From Nemertoderma westbladi (lineage: Eukaryota > Animalia > Xenacoelomorpha), in assembly GCA_032718475.1 (NCBI GenBank), contig JAUCBJ010006471.1:5973-69972 (forward strand): a stretch of 64,000 nucleotides of DNA. The letters are read 5' to 3'. The notes below the pieces were generated by a model. The model had not been told where the DNA came from, did no database searches, and saw nothing but the letters and a program-made list of their open reading frames with translations. The position numbers and the translations under genes were made by a program. Below, piece by piece: positions 24,001 to 36,000 of the stretch (positions within the stretch are counted from its first letter, which is position 1; every line of letters starts with the position of its first letter).

Positions 24001-27000
24001 CAAAGTATCGCTAAGATTTTCATCTGCAGGTAAGGCCTTATCTTTTATAAGCCATGAAACTCAATCGGGATGATGGGAATGTTTATATCACAATGACTTA
24101 ATTATGGTCCTTCTTCTTTTTGACAGATATCAGTTTCTGACCTTTGTGGTGACAGATCAACTTACAGTCCTTGAGATGGACTGCGTTTCTAGGTTTTTTT
24201 TTCGCAGGTTTTGCTTAGGGGATTTAAGGTAGTTAACAACTATCTCTTGGAAGTTTTCTTCAGAGTACAAGTAGTTGAAGTATTATACATCAGGTGTTGA
24301 TTTCATGTACTTTAGGTTAACTATTTTGTTCCAGTTTGCCGTCGATCCATCAACAGCTAATTTGGTGTTGATGACAACATTGTCACTTTAAGTCATGGAG
24401 ATCATAGAAATCATTGTGTTTCAGATTACATTATATGTCTATCTCGACAGGAATAAAGAGTATTAACTGAAAAATTAACTGAAAACATATCTTTCCTTTT
24501 GGCACCATTCTCAATCTGGGCATGAATTGAGTCAACCTCCACAACTAAGAACTTTTGTTCAATGATGTCAAGGGAAGGATAATGAGCTACACAATGCAGC
24601 AACATGTTTATTTTTATTCTGGCCTTCACAGTTATCAGAGAATACACTGATGTGTTTAACTCACACACTGATGTATTTAACTCGCGGTGGTTGGTCATCC
24701 ATGTATTTAACCAGCGCTATTCCAATTTCATCTGGACCTCAATGACCCTCCCACTTCGGCCACCCACAACAAACAAGAAGTGTCGCCATTGACTTGATAA
24801 GAAGCTACAAAATTATAGTGCAGCTTTTTGGAGATAATAGGTAGGAATTGTTCTACCTTGAGGTATGTCCAATACCTTTAGGAGGTCTGCAGTAATGGAT
24901 TTAAATGTTGCATCCAACTTAGATTTCTCTTTGTCTCGAGTCTTCTCGATGCGAGATATGTCAACGAACTCACGATGTGGAGCTTTGATCTCTTCTATAT
25001 ACAGTTCTTTAGCTTGTCAGTGTAATAACAAATAATAATAACTAATAATAATAATAATAATAACAACTAATAACAAATTACACACTTATCCTTTTTTGGT
25101 AAGTGAAAACTGTAATTATAAAATTCTGATTTAAATCGTTCATAAATTCGATTGTATCTTAGCTTACTAAGTACTTCCAATAATTATCATACATTCCAGG
25201 GACATTGAGACCATAGCGTAAGTATAATCTATTTGTATCTTTCCGGCAATAATGTGATTCAACTGCTGGATACTGACTTATGTGAGCTTCAATCAGTTCT
25301 AAGTGACTTTTCTTGATCTTGTTATGTGGTGGATGTTTCCCTCTCCTATCAATTGTGGTCGATGCCCAACAGGTAGTGTGTGCCCTTTATTTATGTGTTC
25401 TATTGTATGTAGATTTAGTAATAACCAAGGTTAAAAAAAAAAAACTCACAACACACACACTTTTGTCTCAATACTGTCAATTAAGAAGAAAGCACGTATA
25501 AGCATGCATTTATATTGCGAGATTTTTGTCACCCTTTGCTATTACTTTATGCTTAGTCACATTCTCCACAGTTGTATGGTTAACAATAAAATCGTATTGC
25601 CTTTGTTTATCTAATGCTCTAAATTCCGAAAATATTCAAAGTTGATCATCTTTGGTTAATTTATCATTGCATTTGTATCGGCAATGACAAGCAATGTATG
25701 TGGGAACTTTCACCGGCCTTATTTTTCCATCACTATACAATAGTTATTTGCCCTTCTTTCACAGTGGTTAGATTTCCCCTATCATTGTTAGAGATTACAG
25801 AGTATATATAGCCAATTAACTCATTTTTGTATGTATGTTACTTGGATGTTTTTGACACATTTCAATATAAAATAGCTGACCGCGAGGCAGGAAAATATCA
25901 GTTTACAGGGTTAATTATTTCAACAAATCAACAAATTCGTTTCTAAGAGTGTAGTTCTGTTTCATCTCCTCCTTTGCCAACTTCTTCATAAACTTGACCT
26001 TCATACACTCGGCTCTTCTTCCTCGGCCCCTTGATCAAAACTTTCCTACTCCTTTCTTCCCCCGACTTTTCGATCTTCCCTTCATCTTCTTTCCTTTCTT
26101 CCCCTTTCCTCTATGACTTCTAGACCGACTGCCTTTACCTCGGCGACTCCTAGACCTGCTTTTCTTTCCCTTCTTCTTTCCCTTCTTACTTCCCTTCCAT
26201 TTCTTTCGTCTCCGTTTCTCCATATCTTTCCTGCTGGTTGATCTACTCACAAACAATATCCTTGTTTCTATCTTCCTCTAAGGCCCAACTCATCCTCACC
26301 CAACACGGTATTTTCACACTCATTGTAAGCCATCACAGCAATGGAACCTAATCACCAGTACTGTTTATATTATTTATTTATCCTATTAAAACTTTGTTGC
26401 AACTTAAATCATTAGTGTTTTGCGTATCACATTTCAATATGCAAATACATTTTGGCAAATACAGCCAAGTAACATTAACAGCTACTAATTCATAGGAAGC
26501 TAAATAGTAATGTAATTCGTTTTAATATCGTATGAGACATCACTTATCAAGTTCCAATGTGGCCAATTTTCCCATCACAATCACGAATAGTAAAAAAATT
26601 AATTAAAATTTAATTTATTAATTAATTAAAAAACTGATTATCTCAGAATGACAAATTTGGAACTTGACCGTTTTTTGCCAGAATGGTGTTGATATTATAT
26701 TGTGCATGATGTACCTGTATCTCACATCGGTCCCTCGTTTCAATAGTCACTTCGCTGGTTTCGTTTAGCTCGTTTATGTAAATATTAACAGTCGGGACCG
26801 GCGTGGGAAAAAGTCCTACATTATATACAATATAATAAATAGTTATTACCAGGCTTTGTAGTTGTGGACATTAATTCCATTGTAGACATTCATTACAGCC
26901 TCATTTATTGAGTTGATTCCCCAGTTCCCATACCCATTCCTCTGTTTCAGACGTGTTTCCAGGTAATCCTCATCCAGGTGGCTTGTTACACAAACAAAGG

Positions 27001-30000
27001 TAATGGGTGAGGTGGATCAGTTGGATCGCAATACTCTTAAAGTACTTTGCAATAAGTACCGGTATGTATGTGGTATTACTCCAAAATTGAACGGCTATTG
27101 ATGAAGAACTGCATATGAAAAACTGCATTTATTCATTCAATAGCCAGGTACTTGGCCATTCTCCCCTGCCCTTAACTTATTCTACCTAGAATCACAGGAA
27201 TCGATCTACCTTACTAATGCCAGTCTGCATCAATAGGACAGAATTGGGTTTTATAGTGGATTATATTAATTTGTACATTAATAATGTAATGTGTAACATA
27301 ATGCTCAGTATTCCACTACACGAAGATCACTGTGCCAGTTATTATCGTACTGGTTGTTTGCTTGTTGCCAAGTACAATATCCTATGCGAACAATCCGCAC
27401 TGGCAATGAGAACTGTACATATTAGTATTGATGTTTTGAAGTCCTGTTGTGGTTGCAATGCTCTGTCGGGCACTGCAAAAGTGCCTCTGCTTCAAGGCAG
27501 ATCATGTATCACTTGATTCAGGCCTGGGGGAGCCAGTAACTTCAAAATGTACTACCGGTCCATTCTAGGATGGTGTTATCGGAACCTTTGCTTCCGCGGG
27601 ATGACTTCATGGACTCACCTATGTAGCAAGTATGCTCCAGTATGCAGCCAAACGATCTGAGCCTTAAATCGATGGTCATTCAGACTGCTGGGAACTATGG
27701 TACCCCCATTCCCACGCCCTCAGGTTCACCTGGGGATAAATTATACAAAGGAGGCTCGAGTTCATTTTCGAGGACAACTATCTCTATGCCCCTTTATTTG
27801 TTATTGGTGCTGCACCACCTGCACCATCAGGTATTGATGCTGGACCGACTCCCTGCCCGCTCCTTTATTCATGATGGACCGACTCCCTGCCCACTCAGTT
27901 ATTCATGCTGTTTTTTCTTTAAATTTATTCCTAGTAAATTTGTTGTCTTACTGTTTTTTGTGTTAGCATATAATCAATGGCATTCTAGACAATGGCATCA
28001 TGATTTTTACATGATTTCTGAGTATGTAGCAGTCGTGTCCATTGTATGTAATAGTTTTACTTTAATTTGCTGCTGTGCTTGTGTTGTAGAAGTTATAAAT
28101 GGTTGTTTTTTATTGTTGTGGATTTCCCACATCAGTTTTGCTGTTTCATTTCAAGTATGTGTAGTTAATCAATGGGGAGTATATTTAGTTGTTTGTAGAG
28201 TGGTGGTGCGTGTTCACGGTAGTGACTGAAAGTAATCGCTCTCAAAAATTTATTAATTTTAATTTTTATAGGTTTAATGTGTTCTTGTTTAGCATTACCC
28301 CAGATCACTTCCGTAGTGATGCTACGGAATATTTGGCCTATTCGGTGTATTAGTGCGAAGTATAATAACTTAATTAATAATGATGACGGTGATGGTAGCC
28401 ATTACGTCTATATCATATACATATCATATATCATAATCTATATCATAATGCTGAACGATGAATGCAATAAGATGTTGATGGTGATGTTGATGGTGTAAGG
28501 TTCCATGTATATTTCACCTTATAAGTTCATTTAATTTATATATAAGTCTCTTCAGGGGATGCATTAGCACCTATTATTACTACTTCAGCTACTTCATTCA
28601 CTGCATTTGGTCCTTCATATAATTATTATCACAGGGTATCATCGGCAGACCCAGTGACTAAAGAGGCATTATTTTTTTAAATAAGCTAATGTCCTACCTT
28701 GTTCAGGTAAACATGTGATGTCAGACATTTCGTAGGTACTTGGTTTTAGTTGCTCCCCAGATATCGAAAGACCATCAACTGTGTTAAAGTCTAAAGATGA
28801 ACTATCTTTCGTTCCAGGTGTAAAACCAAAGACACCGTCGAAATTATTTTCTACAAATGAAAATGTTAGTATTTAATAATAGTCAACATCATCTATTTTT
28901 CTATCTATTGTTACTTTACTTTATTTACTACATTCGTGCCAAATAGCCGATTTCCATTTAATGGTAAAGGGTTTCCTTGAATGATAAAAATCGTTCTACT
29001 AATTTAATTAATTTAAGTTGAATTTAATTTAATCAAAAATGTAAAATAATTTAATTACTAGTTACAGTAGTTATAAAATCCTGACGAAACAAGGAATAAA
29101 AAAATTGGTGCAAATAAATTGTGATTAAAAATGAGCCTCTATCTATCGAAAAAAACCCTTTCAAATAATACATGGGTTGCAACCCAGTCAACCATTATTG
29201 CTGCAATCCATGTCTTTTATTAATTAAAATGTGAAATACTTCAGAGTGGAATGTAGTAATGGGATATTATGATGAAACGATTTTGTTATTGTTTACTGTA
29301 CTTCAATGTCAATAAAGCTTCTTTGTATGTGTATTGCAAAGAACTGTGACTAACCTTTCAATAAATAGCCTTCATCTGGAAAGGTAGCACACATTCACTT
29401 TAAAGTTTATTCTTTCATATTGGTAAATGACACTTCTACTCACCGTAATAACCTCCTTCTACATTGAATGAGATAATGGTTGGCGCTCCAGAATAATTCA
29501 ATGCATTCCCCAAAATCTGGAATATAAGTTACTTCGCAAATAAAATCAGAATTCATTAATTGAGAAATTTAAATATATATAGTTTTTCAGCGAGTGGTTG
29601 AAAACGGACAAGTACAGAAGGATTAAGCGCAGTGGCTGCTGATGATGGAGGTGTACCAGCCCGCATTTCATCAGCGGGTAGCTGATGGTCACGCTCAAAT
29701 GTGATTAGATTGTGCCCTAGTCTACGAGTAAACATTCAGCAGTTGCTGTTGGCTGTTGTAACACCAGTATGCCAAAAGAGTGAGCTGGGCAGTTCAAATA
29801 TATGGGAACTTATAATACCATTTTATTATTTTCTTACTTACCATGGGTGTCAAATCGATATCGGGATGACCTTCAGGTGGTGGAATTGCAACTATACTAC
29901 CCTTTGTTTTTGTAGTTTCATCATTTCTCGTCTTCTCATTCAGTTCGTTAAAGATACAACAATGATATGGATACTAAAAAAGAAACACATTACACCATGA

Positions 30001-33000
30001 CCTGTAATATAGTGTCATTTTCTGATGACACGGACACCACCCAATTTTTTCTACAAATTTTGTATATTGTCAATAAAGTGCGATTTAAAGATATAGCAAA
30101 CAACTAATATCTACGAAACTGAAAATCAGAATGTATTCTTTATGTATGTATTGGGTATTTGCAATGTGCAGAACATGAACAATGGTAATGGAGTGATACA
30201 TGGCAAAGGTTTCACCCATGGAATACTAAATATACACGGAAGGACAAATGTGTCATACCCCTGGAGGCAATCTTTTTATTTTATAAAACGATAGATATGG
30301 ATGACAGAAAACCGCTGCTAAATTTTTTTCGAAATCTGTCATGCCGTTTTTGAGATATAGCATTTTATATAACGCTCCCACGGCCTACTATATACACGGC
30401 CTAATAAGCTGAACTTTGAGGCCATTCTGAAAGAGACCAGTTTTTTTTACAACAATTTGATATCTTGATATAATTCTTTAATTTGACTGAATTGAAGTCT
30501 CCTCGTTAAGCAAGATACTAAATTATATGGTAGCTAGTGTTTTAGGTAGCTTTAGCTAGTAATTTTGACAAAAACGTTTTTTATTGATTTAAACACGTTT
30601 TAGAACGATGCCATGCGTTTTAAATATGATCCAGATTTTTTTCAATAAAATGTTCTAGAACAAAAAACATTTGTTCTAGAACTTATTTCTTTTTTAGAAA
30701 TGAATAGCTAACATGTTCTGGAACATTTTCGATACGAATAGTAATAAGAACTAGCTACTACAAAATATTTATAGAAGGAAGTAGGATGTCAGAACCAGAT
30801 GTTTGCCAAATGTTTGGAATTTTACAGTGGACATCACAACAGATTATAGATTCTAGATTAACCGGTACATCAGACAACAAGTTGTCTAATCTATGCTGAT
30901 AATTTTCAATATTCGAGCTCCGAGTTTTTTCCCACTTTGGGTGCGGGATGTTCTATTTTCCACTTTTGGTATAACATTTAGGCTCAAATAAATTGGAAAT
31001 ACTGCACGAAAAAGACAGGCATGTGGTCATCAGATTTTAGATCATAATTTACAGATACGGAAGCACCAATGATATTATCATGGAAACTTTTTGTACAAAT
31101 AAAATGGTCTAACCAACTGACCGTACCATGAATGTGACTTGCATACGTAAATGTGTTACCGGGCAAAAACTTAATGTCCGAGCAAATAAGATTAGAAAAT
31201 TCACAAAATTGTAGCATTTCAGCACCAAAGCACCGATTAGAATCATCCTTAAACGGATCGGCATTAAAATCACTGATAATTATAGACTGACTGCCGGGAT
31301 GATCTGCAATGCAAGAATTGCATTTGCCCAATAATTCTAAAAACAAATCAAGATTATCATGCGAGTCACAGGGCATGTAAATATTTAAAAATAATACACT
31401 ACCGATACATAAACCCATTATTCTAGAATAATCTAGGTCAAACGATTTTATATTGTTTGAACCCTATGCCCCCAGTGACTTTTTCCATAAAATCGCCAAA
31501 CCCCCGTGTGGCCTACCTAAAAGAGGTTCGTCCTGTAAGTCAACAGAAGATATGCCAATGCCATAAAAATCACAGTGAATCGAGTTTAGCTTAAACAAGT
31601 CTTGTTTGTATAACCAAGTTTCTTGTAAAAATACCACATCGTGTGAATTCACAATGTTTTGACATAATCAATGTGGCTGTTAAGCCCTCACAGTTAAATG
31701 TAGATAGTTTGAGTGTATTTGTATGCGCCATTATGAATTAGATGTAGCACATATTATATAGTCCTATATTATATTATAAAGTATTAAAAGTAAAGCAAAT
31801 CACAAACAAATCAAGCAGGCGGGTACAAGGATACGGGCCGGTGACTGGCCTGTGCATGCTCCCGCGCCCGTGCCGGAGAGTCTCTGTATACACTATCAGG
31901 CATCCAAAAGCATTTCACCAAAATGTCCTTGGGCCACGTACTCGGGTCGATCAGTTTCGCAAACATTGCATCATCTTTCGGATCGATAATAAAGGAGTTA
32001 TACCCTCCAGAGTATAACTGCCTCGTGTTTCGAGAAATTACCATTCCAGTCTGTTCGTGCTCCTGGGAGAGAAAATCCTTTAAATCAGTTTCCGTTACTT
32101 CAGTAGCGAAGCGAGAAACGAATATTCGTTTATTCTTGAATCTCGGTTGTCGTACAGCCACTTTGAGAGAGGAAAAATCGCCGGTTCCTACAGTTTCAGG
32201 TCGCGATCGTCTTTTCTTAGTAGCGACTCTAAAGTCATCCTCCAGGTCGTCATCCATGCGAGAAGGTACCACAGCTGGTTGACTGGCTGAGAGACTGCCC
32301 GAACCGTTACGTTCAGACTCCCCGCCATGTGGTGGTGGAGGATAGCTCCCCGGTTGCCGACTCAGATCCGGGTAATTGTCATCGTCAAGACTAGATAACG
32401 GACCATAGCGGTTCAATTGCGTAATAGTCGAGCATAGCTGCCTTCAGGACTGCAACATAGCAGTTCAGACCTAACCAAGGGACGACTTTCAGCGTCCTCA
32501 AAAATGGTGTCGTCAAGAGCACCAGAAGATAGAGTAGCAACTCCGTCACTCGATGTGATGACAACCGAGTCATTAAATGAGGCGACTCCAGCCCCCGGAG
32601 TATTGCCTGCATTAATGACTGGCAGTTGCTCCAGATTCGTATTGTTGACGCCAATACACATATTAGTACTCATATTACTCGAATTGGGAGTAAGAAACTC
32701 CCCCCTTTTCAAATTACAGCTATGGCAGTAAATAATAGCATCAATGGTTTTAAAAGCAGTAACAGCAGACAGTGATAGGCCTACTTGTTCTGTTTCCTTA
32801 CAGTCTGTACATATCCTTTCAGCCATTGCAGCGACCCGTACCGTTTTACACCGTTATTTTTTGTTAATAATAATAATAATGCTTCTGGAGTATTTCACGC
32901 CATATTGACTTCGCTTGTTTAAAGATTCCAACATCAAGTGGTTGTAGAAGGTGACTGCAATGAGCTGGCAGGCAAAGCAAGGATACCTGCGAATCCCTTG

Positions 33001-36000
33001 CTAATTCTACGACCTGGAGAGAAACATGGCTCATGTGACCATCATAGATCATCAGCAATGGCTTGGGTATATCTTTGGTACGTTTTATAAACTGTTTCAT
33101 GAACTGTAGGAATAGATTACTATCCATCCATCCACTTTCGCTGGTTCCATACAATGTTCCATTTGGACCTCCTTCGGTCCATTCATCAAAAAGACGATTC
33201 TTAGCAGCATAAACAACGAAAGGGGGGAAGTTTTGCCCTGCTGCACTCACAGTTGATAGAATGGTGTATTGTTCTTTCCCAGAACCAGGAACTATATTTA
33301 CAGGGTTTTTCGCCCCTCGCTTACAGATAATCTTGGTAAGTTTTGGGTTAGTACACAAACCACTTTCATCACAGTTAAATATACGTGCTGGCTGTGTCAA
33401 AAGATTTAGCTTATCCAGTATCGAATAAAGTAGTTTGAACCACGCAGAGACGACTGTCGCATTACAAGAAAGTGCTCTCTGGATAATGAGCAACTCAGGC
33501 TTACATATGCTTAATGTACTGCTCCATCGCTTACGGAAACCGATGTACCATTTCCTTCGGTCTTCCATCAGGAAAAGCGTTCCCTTTTCCAATTTTACAA
33601 ATATAATCCTCGACAATCTCAAGAAAAGAGGATTTGATTAAAGGAAATCCAAATTCCGAAAAGGAAAGTACGACATATACGAGCTCCTGTTCTTCAACTT
33701 GTGTTAAGTATGTTGGTCGTCCTGAACCTACTTTTGAGCAGTTTATTCCAGCAACATGGTGGGCTATAGTGGAACGAGGAACTCCAAATTGTTCTGCAGC
33801 ACTATATGAAGAGAGTTTATTTTCCTTTACAGCAGCTATTGCTGCTGCTAGTTTCACCTTATCATAAGATTTTCTCCCTCCTGAGACTGGTATGTACTTC
33901 CGTGGCATTACTGCATTAGGCTGACTTCAGTTATAACTTGAATTTATATAAACAAAACAAACACCAATCAGCCAATACTATATTCAATAGTAGGACTAGC
34001 CTCCGACAGACCAACCCTAATGCCTAGCTTACCTGCCTACTGGTACCGGTATCCATTTAATATTTTTTTATGAAATATAATGTAGTAGTTAATTTTACCC
34101 CATATCTTGAAAAATTCACGGGAAAAATGAACTACTTTTTACATTAAATTTTTCTGTTGACCTAAAACTCCAAGTACAAAAATAATGTAACCAACTGGAT
34201 GTCTCTTTATTAAACTTTTAGTTCATATATGAAACATTTGTTAACTCTTTTACTTACTTCTTCTATGAGCCAAATACAATTTTGGGTCAAGAACCTCAAC
34301 AATGCCAAATTTAGAGGTTTTGTGAATTCTGACAACTTGTGGCCACACTGTTTTGTGTTTGGTAGATAATATTGTGTCAAAATACTATGGAAGTGTTAGC
34401 CAGATAAATTAGCAATATTTTAATATGCCTTTAATTTCATACACATTTGTTGTTCAACCGATAATCACCGTCAAAGTTTTTAGTTCAATTTACCCCATAG
34501 TTCATTATACCCCGTACTACCCTACTATATATAGTACGCCATGGGAGCATTATATAAAATGCTATATCTCAAAAACGGCACGACAGAAATAATTTTAATA
34601 CTCGTATGTTATACCTTAAGTTGGTCAGTGATAAGTAAAAATTCCGAAAGTACTACAAGATCTTTACAAGTTACAACTAACCCGAGGTATCTTTGCATTA
34701 AACGTCTTGTTTGTGGCCCCCTTTGCAGGCTTAGTTATTCGGGTTGTTCTGGTAAGAATAATATTTTGCACTGACCCCCCACCCCCCTCCACTACCCACC
34801 CAACTCCCCCCCCCCCCCCCCCCCCTCCACTACCTACCCAACCCACCCAACCCCCCCCCCCCCCCCCTAAGATATATGCGATGAAAGATTGCAACAAGTA
34901 TCGTTCACTGAAGGCCATTTATTCTATTAATTTATACATAATGTTCCGAAACATTTTGTTTTTGTATGAACAGCTATGCAAGAGATAATGTATAGATAGG
35001 CATACCGTTGTTCAAATAAATAATAAACACTGAATGATAGAGTAGAGTACATCGGGGCCATTGTGACACATTTTGAGGTAATTCCTTTTTCAGTTGAAGG
35101 GTGAGATAAAATAACGATATGATGTGATTAATAAAAACAATCTATATTGTATACATCTTATATCTATATAGAAACAAGCTGGTCCACACTTTGAATGTCG
35201 GAATTGCCCCATATACCCTACTCTGCGCACACCACAGTACAGTGAGAATGTTATAACTATATTGGGGTTATATTTTACAGTTACAAATCCGATTCTTAAA
35301 TTTTCAGCTCAACGAAAGTATTGATTTAACATTGAATCATAGGTGTAGCATAGTACAGTATATTAGTCAAAACAGTAGGTCTAGTTTTATTATTAATTTA
35401 ATTATTTGATTCAAGTACGAACAGGTCTCCTGCAACTTGTTTTTTATTACAAATGCTGATCTTTAAGTTATGTTGGGCTATCTCCGTTAGAATTTTGATT
35501 AGTTCAGTTTCGGCAATATATTTCTCCAATTCGGCCAACAACGCTAATACATGTGCATCATCTACGGCCATGCGAGCCTTCTTTGCTTTTCGTTGATCCC
35601 CAGAGCCATTGGTTGGCGGTAGATTTTGTGCTCTAGGGCGGATGGTATTGGTTTCTGGCATTGGTCTAGTTACAGGGTTACAGCAGCTTATCTCCTGATC
35701 ATTCCTTGATCCCTGATCATTTGTGTCCAATAATATCGAAACAGACGAAGTATCTTGTGAAGTACTATGAATAATATCATCGAGTTCTTCACTATCTATT
35801 GTCTATATCTATCTATCTATTCACTATTCTCTTTTCTATCAACATTAAGAACACGGACCGAATTGGTCACAGAGCCTGGAATGCCGCTAACCACAACATC
35901 GGGTAAAATGTCATATATTATAACTTCCACCCACTTTGGAAGACCCGCGACTGGACCTCCACCACTATGGTTTATCTTATGGATGTGCACTCGGTTTAAA

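Larger units (their letters stand above)
21743..26675 (-). mobile_element. Sola-type DNA transposon remnant (boundaries tentative)
   Basis: Frameshifted transposase motifs at ~24100-25800: ESHYCRKDT, FHLPKKDKC, SDNCEGQNKN, KFLVV-EVDSIHAQIE. Imperfect inverted ends: aaaaccggccaagtgacatttttgtca vs aaaaacggtcaagttccaaatttgtca. Confidence 0.65.

Noticed and set aside
26325-26350. FHCC as the receptor hinge exon
   Set aside because: Wrong order and a stop follows; the true YPYHCC exon is 29842-29973.
26880-28230. Possible decayed coding sequence and a 195-aa ORF
   Set aside because: No recognisable motif; left unannotated.
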